From an uncultured Pseudomonadota bacterium (GTDB lineage: Bacteria > Pseudomonadota > Gammaproteobacteria > DASZBR01): a DNA stretch of 64,000 bases. Below the pieces are notes generated by a model, which was not told where the DNA came from, did no database searches, and was given only the letters and a program-made list of their open reading frames with translations. The position numbers and the translations under genes were made by a program. Below, one piece after another: positions 9,170 to 18,532 of this stretch. The DNA is taken from positions 14,865-78,864 of the forward strand of contig CAVQJZ010000007.1 of the NCBI GenBank assembly GCA_963712965.1, written 5' to 3'. How positions within the stretch are numbered: the stretch's first letter is position 1; every line of letters starts with the position of its first letter.

Positions 9170-9803
9170 GTCGAATGGCCAATAATGCCAATTCAACATC
9201 GGTCTCCACACCTAATTTTTCATACAAACGATAACGATAGGTATTCACTGTTTTTGAAGTGATGCATAATTTATCAGCAATTTTTTGAATTTTAGCGCCA
9301 ACACTCACCATTAATAACACTTGTAATTCACGTTCAGATAAATCGGTTAATGGAGAAGTATCACTGGCTTCATTGCCATTACGCGCCATCGTTTTTAATG
9401 CCATTTGTTGCGCGATGGCTGTGCTGACATAACGTTGGCCGGTATACACTTTACGAATCGCATCGGCTAACTCCACTGACGCAGAATCTTTTGCTACAAA
9501 ACCAGACGCGCCCGTTTGCATCAAACGTGAAGGATAAGGATCATCATGACAAGAGGTAACAGCAATAATGCGAACATCTGGATAAGAATGCATCAAACGA
9601 CGCGTGGCTTCTAAACCACCAATTCCCGGCATTTTGACATCCATTAAAACGATGTCGGGTTTCTTCTCACGTACCACGCGGATCGCTTGTTCACCGCTGG
9701 TCGCTTCACCAATAATTTTAATACCTGATTCTTTTTCTAATAAAGCTTTCAAACCCATACGTACTAATTCGTGGTCATCGACAAGTAATACATTGATATC
9801 CAT
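9132..9803 (-). CDS. gacA: UvrY/GacA/LetA family response regulator
   Basis: REC domain (VDDHELVR, MDVKMPGIGGLEATRR) plus LuxR HTH (KTVNTYRYRL.EKL); synteny with uvrC-pgsA. Confidence 0.93.
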   Translation of the reverse strand: MDINVLLVDDHELVRMGLKALLEKESGIKIIGEATSGEQAIRVVREKKPDIVLMDVKMPGIGGLEATRRLMHSYPDVRIIAVTSCHDDPYPSRLMQTGASGFVAKDSASVELADAIRKVYTGQRYVSTAIAQQMALKTMARNGNEASDTSPLTDLSERELQVLLMVSVGAKIQKIADKLCITSKTVNTYRYRLYEKLGVETDVELALLAIRHGLVDLDNDKKE

Positions 9804-9839
9804 GTGGTTTCCTCTTTATTTTAAGCGTATCCAAATCAT

Positions 9840-9928
9840 TGGCGGAGAGGCAGGGATTCGAACCCTGGAAGGGGGATACCCTTAACGGTTTTCAAGACCG
9901 CCGCTTTCAACCGCTCAGCCACCTCTCC
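9840..9928 (-). tRNA. tRNA-Ser(UGA)
   Basis: GGAGAGGTGGCTGAGCGG...GCGGT-CT-TGA-AA-ACCGT, long variable arm, CCA end. Confidence 0.95.
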
Positions 9929-10011
9929 AAAAGACTTATTATGACGGGTCGAGAGCATAGCATTTTTTATGTTAAACTCCAGGGGTTCATCCACCCAGAT
10001 TGGAGTTTACT

Positions 10012-10686
10012 ATGTCACAAGATAATACGGTTGTTCGCGCTGGATTGGGCAGTTCAATTTTTGAAACCAATAAAGTGTTACGCAATACCTACGCCCTCCT
10101 TTCCGTTACTTTAATTTTCAGCGCAATCACCTCCGGCTTAGCCATGGTCACCAACGCGCCGCCACTAAGTCCTTTTATTGTGTTAATCGCTTATTTTGGA
10201 TTACTTTTTTTAACTAACGCCACTAAAAATAGCCCCATGGGAATTGTGTCGGTTTTTGCACTCACTGGTTTTATGGGTTACACCTTAGGCCCCATTCTTA
10301 ATTTTTATTTACACAATATTGTTAACGGCCAACAATTAATCATGATGTCGTTAGGTGGCACAGGCGTTATTTTTGTAGCGCTTTCTGGTTATGCCATTGT
10401 GAGCAAAAAAGATTTTAGTTTCATGACCGGGTTTTTAATGGCCGGCATGATCGTGGCATTTCTAGCCTCGCTTGCTGGATTATTTATGCATCTTCCTATT
10501 CTTATGCTCGCTGTCGCGGCAGCATTTATTTTAATTTCATCGGGTGTGATTTTATTGCAAACCAGTCAAATCGTATTAGGCGGTGAAACGAATTACATTA
10601 TGGCAACGATTACGTTATATGTTTCGTTATACAATATTTTTATTAGCTTATTGCAATTATTAAGCTTTTTTAGCGACCGTCGTTAA
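10012..10686 (+). CDS. yccA: Bax inhibitor-1/YccA family membrane protein
   Basis: NKVLRNTYALL, GGETNYIMAT..LYVSLYNIF; GGAG RBS before ATG at 10012. Confidence 0.93.
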   Translation: MSQDNTVVRAGLGSSIFETNKVLRNTYALLSVTLIFSAITSGLAMVTNAPPLSPFIVLIAYFGLLFLTNATKNSPMGIVSVFALTGFMGYTLGPILNFYLHNIVNGQQLIMMSLGGTGVIFVALSGYAIVSKKDFSFMTGFLMAGMIVAFLASLAGLFMHLPILMLAVAAAFILISSGVILLQTSQIVLGGETNYIMATITLYVSLYNIFISLLQLLSFFSDRR

Positions 10687-10693
10687 ATAACGC

Positions 10694-11002
10694 ATGGCAA
10701 CGGTTTTACTGATTCGTGCTGTATCTGTGCAAGCGGTGCAACAAGCACGCCAACTATTAGAAAAAGGCGAAACGATTTCGCTCGTTTTTTTCTATCTTGA
10801 TGGCGTGTTGCAAGCATTTAGCGAATCTGACTGGTCATCGCTCGCACAACGTTATGCACTTAAATTAATGGTTTGCCAAAGCGGCATTAATGATCGTCAA
10901 TTACACAATGAAAAAATACTCCTGCCTTTTAGCGCAGGAACGCTCGCAGATTTTTTTCATTATTTATCTCACACACAGCATTGCTTAACGTTTGACGCTT
11001 AA
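10694..11002 (+). CDS. tusD: DsrE/TusD-like sulfur relay protein
   Basis: VFFYLDGV and conserved Cys in LMVCQS; position after yccA. Confidence 0.7.
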   Translation: MATVLLIRAVSVQAVQQARQLLEKGETISLVFFYLDGVLQAFSESDWSSLAQRYALKLMVCQSGINDRQLHNEKILLPFSAGTLADFFHYLSHTQHCLTFDA

Positions 11003-11005
11003 CCT

Positions 11006-11356
11006 ATGACAACTATTTGCTGCCTCATTGAAAAAGCGCCCTCTGCCACACTCTATGCCAAAGAAAGCTTTGCGTTTGTGATGGCGAGCGCCAATATTGC
11101 CGAACCTTTAACACTAGTTTTTGCAGGCGCTGGCATTTTGCAGCTGAAAAAATTGGCACTGGATGCACAGCAAAAAAACCACACGATTGGCTATCAAGCA
11201 CTGAATCTTTATAAGCTAGCGGAGATTTATGTGGTCAAAGAAGATTTTTTGGCCAGCGCGCTTAAAATAGATGATTTATTACTTGAACCCAAACTCCTGG
11301 ATGAGCAACAATTGCCAGCCTTGCTTCAGGCACAAGATTTTGTTTTTAGATGGTAA
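11006..11356 (+). CDS. tusC: DsrF/TusC-like sulfur relay protein
   Basis: KAP....AKES, LVF.G.GILQL, LNLY....IYV pattern; follows tusD. Confidence 0.7.
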   Translation: MTTICCLIEKAPSATLYAKESFAFVMASANIAEPLTLVFAGAGILQLKKLALDAQQKNHTIGYQALNLYKLAEIYVVKEDFLASALKIDDLLLEPKLLDEQQLPALLQAQDFVFRW

Positions 11357-11364
11357 TAAAATTA

Positions 11365-11444
11365 CGTCATTGCGAGGAGCGCTAGCGACGAAGCAATCTA
11401 GAAACTCTAGATTGCCACGGCACCTTCGGTGCCTCGCAATGACG
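11365..11444. repeat. About 80 bp palindromic element (GTCATTGCGAG...CTCGCAATGAC), resembling Rickettsia palindromic elements
   Basis: Terminal inverted repeat with internal GAAGCAATC/GATTGCCAC; second copy at 56891-56961. Confidence 0.8.
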
Positions 11445-11477
11445 AGATTAGTGATAAGTAAATTTGGAGTTTCATAA

Positions 11478-12632
11478 ATGCAACAAACCATTGGTATCGA
11501 TAAGATTAACTTTTATATTCCACGCTACGCGCTATCTCTCGAAACACTTGCCAAAACTCGCAACATTGAACCCAATAAATTCACCGTTGGCCTTGGTCTT
11601 AACAAAATGAGCATCTGTGCACCTGATGAAGATATCGTGACGTTAGCTGCTGAAGCGGCCAAACCTATCTTGTCCAAAGAAGATTTAACAACCATCGATA
11701 CTCTCCTTTTTGCGACGGAATCTGGGATTGATCAATCTAAATCGGCTGGCGTTTATGTACACCGCTTATTAGGTTTATCGTCTCGCTGCTCTGTCGTCGA
11801 ATTAAAACAAGCCTGCTATAGCGGAACCAGTGCCATTAACATGGCATGCGCATTAGTGACACAACACCCTCAACGTAAAGTACTCGTGATCGCCGCGGAT
11901 ATTTCACGCTATGGTTTAAATACGCCGGGCGAATCCACACAAGGTGCTGGCGCTGTAGCTATTCTCATTAGCGCTAATCCAAAAGTTCTAGCGCTGGATT
12001 CACGCCGTGGTGTGTTTACTGAAGATGTTATGGATTTCTGGCGCCCAAATTATCGCGAAGAAGCATTAGTGGAAGGCAAATTTTCCACTGAAATGTATTT
12101 AAAAGCACTCACTGAAAGCTGGCGACATTATCAACAACAAACAACACTTACATTTCAAGATCACGCGGCTTATTGTTATCACGTGCCCTACCCGCGCTTA
12201 GTGGAAAAAGCGCATGCGAAATTAGCACAATTCAATCAAGCCTCAACAACTGATCTAGAAGCTTCACTCAATTATTGTCGCTTAATTGGCAATACATATA
12301 CGGCCTCACTTTACATCAGCTTGATTTCTTTGCTGGCTAACAGCAAAACCACTCTTGAAAACCAACGCATTGGTTTTTACAGTTATGGCTCAGGTTGCGT
12401 GGGTGAATATTTCTCCGGTATCGTGCAAAAAGATTATCTGAAACATTTAAACGTTGCCGCTTGGGAAAAAATGTTGCAACAACGCCAAACAATTGATTGC
12501 GCACAATACGAGAAGTGGTATCTTGAACGGCCCAACGGTGATGGCGGTATTTATGTAACGCCGGCCATTCAGCACAGCGGTTTTCGTTTCAAAGGGGTGA
12601 CTGATCACCAACGTCAATACGAAAGTATTTAG
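11478..12632 (+). CDS. mvaS: Hydroxymethylglutaryl-CoA synthase (mevalonate pathway)
   Basis: ATESGIDQSK, ELKQACYSG, GESTQGAGAVA, DFWRP, GNTYTASLY, SYGSG. Confidence 0.95.
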   Translation: MQQTIGIDKINFYIPRYALSLETLAKTRNIEPNKFTVGLGLNKMSICAPDEDIVTLAAEAAKPILSKEDLTTIDTLLFATESGIDQSKSAGVYVHRLLGLSSRCSVVELKQACYSGTSAINMACALVTQHPQRKVLVIAADISRYGLNTPGESTQGAGAVAILISANPKVLALDSRRGVFTEDVMDFWRPNYREEALVEGKFSTEMYLKALTESWRHYQQQTTLTFQDHAAYCYHVPYPRLVEKAHAKLAQFNQASTTDLEASLNYCRLIGNTYTASLYISLISLLANSKTTLENQRIGFYSYGSGCVGEYFSGIVQKDYLKHLNVAAWEKMLQQRQTIDCAQYEKWYLERPNGDGGIYVTPAIQHSGFRFKGVTDHQRQYESI

Positions 12633-12650
12633 AGGAAGTAAGGAAACGCC

Positions 12651-13229
12651 ATGACGGATGATATTTTCAAAAGTGATTTGGATGATGATCTGGATGACAT
12701 CCTTCAAGAAGCGACAGGAAAATCCCACAAAAAAGCATCCTCTTTAATGACGCTTAGCCAAATTTCACGAGAAGAAATGGCGGAATATTTACATTTATTA
12801 TTACGCCGTTTTTGCACACTCACTATTTATGTTATCGAACCTTACATTCCTCTTACCGAAGGCGAACCATTAAAAATTCCTGCGGGCAAACGCTTTAGTG
12901 TTTACGATTACGGCGGACGCTTAGTGATTTCCGCTAATGATCCCATTTTATCGGATTTATTTGTTTCAGGACCTTTTTTAAGCGCCATTCAAGAAGCCCT
13001 TAATTTATTACAACAACTTGGCGCACAAGAAATTGCGGTATTAGGTGATTTACGTGGTAAACAATTTTTGTGGGCGCAATGTGAGATGTTAAAACTTGCG
13101 CAACAAACTGCACCGAGCTTGGTTAACTTTAATCCGGCGCAGCAATTTAATGATAAATTCGAATTTATTAAACGTTATTTAAAAGAACATGGAATGGAGC
13201 CACGCTTAAGTCCTGTTCCAAAAAGTTGA
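12651..13229 (+). CDS. LvgA-like protein (putative Dot/Icm coupling-complex adaptor)
   Basis: By-eye similarity to Legionella LvgA as recalled: YVIEPYI/HVISPHI, FSVYDYGGRLVIS/YSIHDSGSKLSTS, EIAVLG/QIAFAG, LVNFNP/VTNFDP; similar size and acidic N-terminus. Confidence 0.55.
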   Translation: MTDDIFKSDLDDDLDDILQEATGKSHKKASSLMTLSQISREEMAEYLHLLLRRFCTLTIYVIEPYIPLTEGEPLKIPAGKRFSVYDYGGRLVISANDPILSDLFVSGPFLSAIQEALNLLQQLGAQEIAVLGDLRGKQFLWAQCEMLKLAQQTAPSLVNFNPAQQFNDKFEFIKRYLKEHGMEPRLSPVPKS

Positions 13230-13240
13230 TCGAAGTCACC

Positions 13241-13338
13241 ACACTACTTGTCACCCCGCATTTATTGCGGGGTCTGGCAAATGTTTAAAATTTTACCAGA
13301 TGCCGCAACAAGTGCGGCATGACAGAGCGGGAATGACA
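13241..13338. repeat. Composite REP-like palindrome (GTCACCCCGC-ATTTATT-GCGGGGTC ... ATGCCGC-AACAAGT-GCGGCATGAC)
   Basis: Two hairpins in inverted arrangement; first 38 nt identical to 45129-45166. Confidence 0.8.
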
Positions 13339-13371
13339 CTTAATCATTTCAAGAAATAATAAGGAATAATC

Positions 13372-14217
13372 ATGAAAATAAAACCAACATTACTTTTTTT
13401 ACTATTATTTTTACTCCCACTTCCTGCACTTGCCTGGAACGCGATGGGTCATCGCGTAATTGCACAAATTGCGTACGATCACTTAACACCAAAAGCCAAA
13501 GCGCGCGCTAATCAATTAATTGGTTATTTAGCGAATGCGTATCCTTACAGCAGTAGTTTTCAAACGGCGGCCGTGTGGGCAGATAGCCTGCGCAATGATG
13601 ATGTGAATGCATTCAATAGCTGGCATTTTTACGACGAAGGCGTGAGCTTTGATGGCACGCCTACACAACCTACACCCACGCCGAATTTAGTTTGGGCGGT
13701 TAATCAATGTTTGACGGTACTCAAAAGTCCAAATTCCAATCAATTTGAAAAAGCGTTTTTCTTGCGTTTTTTAATGCATTTAACAGGCGATGCGACACAG
13801 CCATTACATTGTGCAGATTTATATAGCAAACAATTTCCGCAAGGTGATCATGGCGGCAATTTATTTCCTATTATTAATTCGCCATTTCATTTTCTGCATC
13901 CCTTTTGGGATGATGGATTAGGTTTATTAAGTCACAATTGCCAGGGCTATCCGTACAAATCAGCGCAAGCAAGTTGCATTGCGGATGAAATTCAAATGCA
14001 ATATCCGGAAAGTTATTTCGGCGCTAACGCACAAGATTTTAATCCGCAAGATTGGGTTAATCAAAGTCACGCGATTGCGGTTAATTTTGCGTATAAAATT
14101 CAACCGAATACAGCACCTTCACCAGCATATATTGAAAAAGGCCAGGAAATTACCAAACAACAATTAGCCATCGCCGGTTATCGTTTGGCGAATTTGTTGA
14201 ATAGTTTGTTTGCTTAA
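13372..14217 (+). CDS. Secreted S1/P1 nuclease
   Basis: Signal peptide ending ALA-W, then W...GH, WAD, WHF, HL.GD..QPLH, GDHGGN, LH..WD, AGYRLA. Confidence 0.92.
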   Translation: MKIKPTLLFLLLFLLPLPALAWNAMGHRVIAQIAYDHLTPKAKARANQLIGYLANAYPYSSSFQTAAVWADSLRNDDVNAFNSWHFYDEGVSFDGTPTQPTPTPNLVWAVNQCLTVLKSPNSNQFEKAFFLRFLMHLTGDATQPLHCADLYSKQFPQGDHGGNLFPIINSPFHFLHPFWDDGLGLLSHNCQGYPYKSAQASCIADEIQMQYPESYFGANAQDFNPQDWVNQSHAIAVNFAYKIQPNTAPSPAYIEKGQEITKQQLAIAGYRLANLLNSLFA

Positions 14218-14235
14218 TTGTTTTCACTTTACCTA

Positions 14236-14619
14236 TTATTTTCTTCGTATTGTTATTGGCGATGATTTTGGCGGCAACAACGAGCAAGCAGAAGAATTTG
14301 ATATTTGCAATTTTTCTGTAAAATAATTTTTCCAACGATCTATTTGTGCTCCTGATTTTTTACTCGCCTCTACAAAGTCTCCATCAGTCACACCAAAACC
14401 CAAAGCGATCCATTCATGTGCGGTACGATGTTCAATCCTTGCATTTGGTAATCTTTCTTTGACGCCATTTATAAATCCCAACAGCATGTTAACTAAATCT
14501 TTTTCACTTTTTGCTGCTGCTATTTTCAATTCACATAACATTTGTTTGATGGCCGTATCTTGAGACTGTTTTATCAATAAATCTGCATTACCAATTATCA
14601 TGTTATAATCTACCAACAT
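14236..14619 (-). CDS. Hypothetical protein, 127 aa
   Basis: ATG ORF with a GGGGTAGAG purine run and an upstream TTGATA-17-TAAAAT promoter; no family recognised. Confidence 0.6.
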   Translation of the reverse strand: MLVDYNMIIGNADLLIKQSQDTAIKQMLCELKIAAAKSEKDLVNMLLGFINGVKERLPNARIEHRTAHEWIALGFGVTDGDFVEASKKSGAQIDRWKNYFTEKLQISNSSACSLLPPKSSPITIRRK

Positions 14620-14739
14620 CTACTCTACCCCTATCTTCTTTAAACTTAACCAAAACCGCGTATTTTACGCAACAACCTCGACTTATCAATGGCTCAAAAC
14701 CTAATTTTCGGGTTTACGTGAGGCTTCAAAGGCAATAAA

Positions 14740-14767
14740 GTAGGGGCACGACGCATCGTGCCCCTAC
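14740..14767. repeat. GTAG-type REP palindrome
   Basis: GTAGGGGCACGA-CGCA-TCGTGCCCCTAC; near-identical copy at 31379-31406. Confidence 0.85.
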
Positions 14768-14802
14768 GGCAAATCAATTCATATTAGAGGAACTACTAGA
14801 AA

Positions 14803-16470
14803 ATGCTTGATTGTAAAGAATTCCCCGACCACATTGAAACATCACTCAGCGGCAAGTTATTAATGACGGTCGCACAATTAAATAAAACAACGGCCTTTAG
14901 CAATGAAGAACGTCATCAATTTGGCTTATTAGGAAAAATTCCTTATCGCGTAGAAAACTTATCCGAACAAATGGCGCGCGCGTACGCACAATATGCGCAA
15001 TACGAAGAAGATATTCAAAAGCATATTTACCTCAATAATCTGCACGACAAAAACCAAGTATTATTTTATCGATTAATCAGCGAACATCTTGCCGAAATGC
15101 TGCCCGTTATTTATACGCCAACGGTAGGCACAGCAGTGCAAGCGTTTAGTCGTGAATTTCGCCAGCCCCGCGGATTATTTATAAGTTACCCCGATCAAGA
15201 ATATATCGATGAAATTTTAGATAATCGTTCTAATCCAGATATTGATTTAATTGTTGTCACGGATGGCGAAGGCGTATTAGGCATTGGTGATCAAGGCATT
15301 GGCGGCATCAATATTCCCATTGCTAAATTAATGGTTTACACCTTGTGCGCTGGCATTAGCCCATTAAAAACATTGCCTATTATGTTGGATGTCGGCACCA
15401 ACAATCCGCAACATTTACATGATCCATTTTATTTAGGTTGGCGACACGAGCGCTTAAAAGGCAAGGAATATGATGATTTTATTGCTAAATTTGTCGCGGG
15501 CGTCCAACGCAAATTTCCCAATGCATTTTTACACTGGGAAGATTTTGGTCGCGATAATGCCCGACGCATTTTAGATAAATATGAAGACAAATGTTGTACA
15601 TTTAATGATGACGTTCAAGGCACCGGCTGCGTAACATTAGCCGCTATTTTGTCCGCCATAAAAATAACTGGCACCACATTAGACGAACAACGCATTATTA
15701 TTTTTGGTGCAGGTACCGCAGGTACAGGTGTGGCCGATCAAATTTATTCCGCCATGTTACGTTGTGGTCTTACTGAACATGAAGCGCGAAAACGTTTTTG
15801 GTTAATTGATCGACATGGATTAATTACAAATAATATGAGCGATTTAACGCTGGCGCAAAAACCCTATGCGCGTGATGCAAGTGATACTCAATCATGGCCC
15901 AATACTGATTTATTGGAAACAGTGACACAAATTAAACCGACCATTTTAATTGGTGCTTCCGCACAAGCAGGACGTTTTAATGAAGCAGTAATTAAAACCA
16001 TGGCAAGTCACGTTAAACAACCGATTATTTTACCGTTGTCGAATCCAACGAGTTGCATCGAAGCCACACCGGAACAATTGATTCACTGGACAGAAGGTCG
16101 CGCATTAATTGCGGCTGGCACACCATTTAAACCAGTCACTTACGCGAATAAAACTTATGTTATTTCACAGTGCAATAACGCCCTAATTTTTCCTGGTATT
16201 GGTTTAGGTGTACTAGCCGTACGCGCAAAATATTTAACCAAAGATATGTTATGGGTGGCGACACAAACGCTAAGCGAATTTTGCCACGATGCCATTTTGC
16301 CTGGATTAGATAAAGCACGAGAAACCGCATTTTTAATTGCGGTTAATGTTGCCAAACAAGCGATGAAAGAAGGATTAGCACGCACATCATTGCCTGAAAA
16401 TATTACGCTGGAAGATCATATTCGTTCATTGATGTGGCATCCGGAGTATGTGCCGTTGGTATTGAAATAA
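14803..16470 (+). CDS. maeA: NAD-dependent malic enzyme
   Basis: PVIYTPTVG, VTDGE.VLGIGDQG, FNDDVQGTG, GAGTAG, PLSNPT, QCNN..IFPG. Confidence 0.95.
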   Translation: MLDCKEFPDHIETSLSGKLLMTVAQLNKTTAFSNEERHQFGLLGKIPYRVENLSEQMARAYAQYAQYEEDIQKHIYLNNLHDKNQVLFYRLISEHLAEMLPVIYTPTVGTAVQAFSREFRQPRGLFISYPDQEYIDEILDNRSNPDIDLIVVTDGEGVLGIGDQGIGGINIPIAKLMVYTLCAGISPLKTLPIMLDVGTNNPQHLHDPFYLGWRHERLKGKEYDDFIAKFVAGVQRKFPNAFLHWEDFGRDNARRILDKYEDKCCTFNDDVQGTGCVTLAAILSAIKITGTTLDEQRIIIFGAGTAGTGVADQIYSAMLRCGLTEHEARKRFWLIDRHGLITNNMSDLTLAQKPYARDASDTQSWPNTDLLETVTQIKPTILIGASAQAGRFNEAVIKTMASHVKQPIILPLSNPTSCIEATPEQLIHWTEGRALIAAGTPFKPVTYANKTYVISQCNNALIFPGIGLGVLAVRAKYLTKDMLWVATQTLSEFCHDAILPGLDKARETAFLIAVNVAKQAMKEGLARTSLPENITLEDHIRSLMWHPEYVPLVLK

Positions 16471-18465
16471 TTAAACCTTCCGCTCCGCATGCAGCACATT
16501 CGGCAAATGTTTCAAATGATCAATAACTTTGCCCAACAATGACATGCTTTGAATTTCAATGGTTAAATTCACATGTGCTTCATTAGAATTTTTATCGGTG
16601 CCCGTATGAATGCCCAATAAATTAATTTTTTCAGCGGCCAATAATGTCGTGATATCACGCAATAATCCATGACGATCGAACGCGCGCAAATAAATATCCA
16701 CGGGATAAAGTTTGCTTAATTTCGTGCCCCACTCCACTTCCACTAAACGTTGTGCTTCTTTGCCTTGCACACGCAATACATTTTCACAATCGCGACGATG
16801 AATACTCACGCCTTTGCCTAATGCGATATAACCAATAATGGGATCACCCGGAACCGGTTTACAACATTTGGCCATTTGCGTGAGAAAACTGCCCACACCA
16901 ACAATTTGAATATCATCTTTGGTTTTTCTTTTCGGTGATTCTGTTTTTATTGTTTTTTCACTCTTCACTACTTTTTCGACTTTTTCCAATGTTTCCTGCG
17001 GTTTTTTCTCTTCTTGCGCTTCGTCTAATGCGCGAAACCAATGCTGCAATTTGGCGCGCGCACGCGGACTTTTTAAATAACCCAAATGCGGATTTAACCA
17101 ATCGCGACTCGGGTTAGGTTGTTTAGTCGTTAAAATTTCAACCCGATCACCGGTATTTAACGCATGCGTTAATTGCACAATATGGCCGTCCACTTTCGCG
17201 CCTTTACAACGATGCCCTACTTCACTGTGAATATTGTAAGCAAAATCGAGCGGCGTTGAACCTTGCGGTAAATCAATAATGTCGCCCGCGGGTGTAAACA
17301 CATAAACGCGATCCGCAAATAAATCTTGATTAGTGGGCAATGCTTTATCGCGCGAAACTTCTTTTTGCCATTCCATAATTTGACGAAGCCAAGCAATTTT
17401 CGCTTCATAACTAGAGGCTTGTGTACCACCTTCTTTATAACGCCAATGTGCGGCTACACCCAATTCGGATTCTTGATGCATTTGCTGCGTGCGAATTTGC
17501 ACTTCAACATTTTTATGTTCTGGCCCAACAATTGCTGTGTGAATAGAACGATAACCATTCGGTTTAGGATGCGTAATATAATCATCAAATTCTTGCGGAA
17601 TTTGTTGCCATTGGCCGTGCACAATACCCAACACACCATAACAATCTTCAATAGTTTGCACTAATACTCGCACAGCACTGATATCATAAATTTCACTGTA
17701 ATCAGCTTTTTTACGCTGCATTTTGCGATAGATACTATAGATATGCTTTACACGCCCCGTGATTTCAAAATTTTTAATGCCTTCTTTCGTTAACGCTTCG
17801 CGCAACAACTGCATCATTTTTTCAATATACTTTTCGCGCTCAACACGTTTAGAATCTAATTTTTTGGCAATTTCTTTGTAAATTTCTGGCTTTAAATAAC
17901 GTAGACATAAATCTTCCATTTCCCATTTTAATTGCCCCACGCCTAAACGATTAGCAAGTGGCGCATAAAGATCTAACGTTTCTTGCGCTAATTTCTTCTG
18001 CTCTGACGTTTTTGTTTTCGCTGCACGCAATAACCACAAACGTTCTGCCAGTGTAATTAATACCGCGCGCACATCGGAAGCCATCGCCAACAACATCTTG
18101 CGCAAATTTTCAAGCTGCGCGCCGGCACGTTGTTCCAAATGTTGCAATTTTTCGAGCGAACGCATTTGCTGCGCATCACGCAATAACTTTGCGCTGCTTT
18201 CACCTAATTGTTCTGCGATTGTGTCGAAATGAATGTCGTTATGTTGCAAGGCAGGATAAATAATACTGGCCGCAATTCCTTCGCTGTCTAAACCCAAATC
18301 CAATAAAATTGTGGCAATGCCAATGCCTTTTTCCAATTGCTCTTGTTGCTCGGGTGTATATAAATTAATGGCGTTTTGCAGTGGTACCACTTCTTTTGGC
18401 CCACGTGTTTTTGCAAAGTGATTCAACCACGCAGCTGCATCAGTAAATGTCACATGTTTCGGCAT
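16471..18465 (-). CDS. relA: GTP diphosphokinase RelA
   Basis: APLANRLG..QLKWE.ED, GRVKHIYSIYRKM, PKPNGYRSIHT, EVQIRT, TGS and ACT domains; degenerate HD region. Confidence 0.93.
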   Translation of the reverse strand: MPKHVTFTDAAAWLNHFAKTRGPKEVVPLQNAINLYTPEQQEQLEKGIGIATILLDLGLDSEGIAASIIYPALQHNDIHFDTIAEQLGESSAKLLRDAQQMRSLEKLQHLEQRAGAQLENLRKMLLAMASDVRAVLITLAERLWLLRAAKTKTSEQKKLAQETLDLYAPLANRLGVGQLKWEMEDLCLRYLKPEIYKEIAKKLDSKRVEREKYIEKMMQLLREALTKEGIKNFEITGRVKHIYSIYRKMQRKKADYSEIYDISAVRVLVQTIEDCYGVLGIVHGQWQQIPQEFDDYITHPKPNGYRSIHTAIVGPEHKNVEVQIRTQQMHQESELGVAAHWRYKEGGTQASSYEAKIAWLRQIMEWQKEVSRDKALPTNQDLFADRVYVFTPAGDIIDLPQGSTPLDFAYNIHSEVGHRCKGAKVDGHIVQLTHALNTGDRVEILTTKQPNPSRDWLNPHLGYLKSPRARAKLQHWFRALDEAQEEKKPQETLEKVEKVVKSEKTIKTESPKRKTKDDIQIVGVGSFLTQMAKCCKPVPGDPIIGYIALGKGVSIHRRDCENVLRVQGKEAQRLVEVEWGTKLSKLYPVDIYLRAFDRHGLLRDITTLLAAEKINLLGIHTGTDKNSNEAHVNLTIEIQSMSLLGKVIDHLKHLPNVLHAERKV

Positions 18466-18478
18466 ACTATTTCCCTAT

Positions 18479-18507
18479 AAAAAAACGGAGCCGTAGAGCT
18501 CCGTTTT
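18479..18507 (-). terminator. Intrinsic terminator after the giant ORF
   Basis: AAAACGGAGC/GCTCCGTTTT hairpin with a T-run on the minus strand. Confidence 0.75.
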
Positions 18508-18532
18508 GAAGTTTTGAAAAAGCAGGTAATTA

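Noticed and set aside
9839-10114. 91 aa ORF MAERQGFEP...
   Set aside because: Typical antisense translation of a tRNA-Ser gene
11478-12632. Mevalonate pathway gene as a novelty
   Set aside because: Already known for Legionella and Coxiella; useful only as a taxonomic hint
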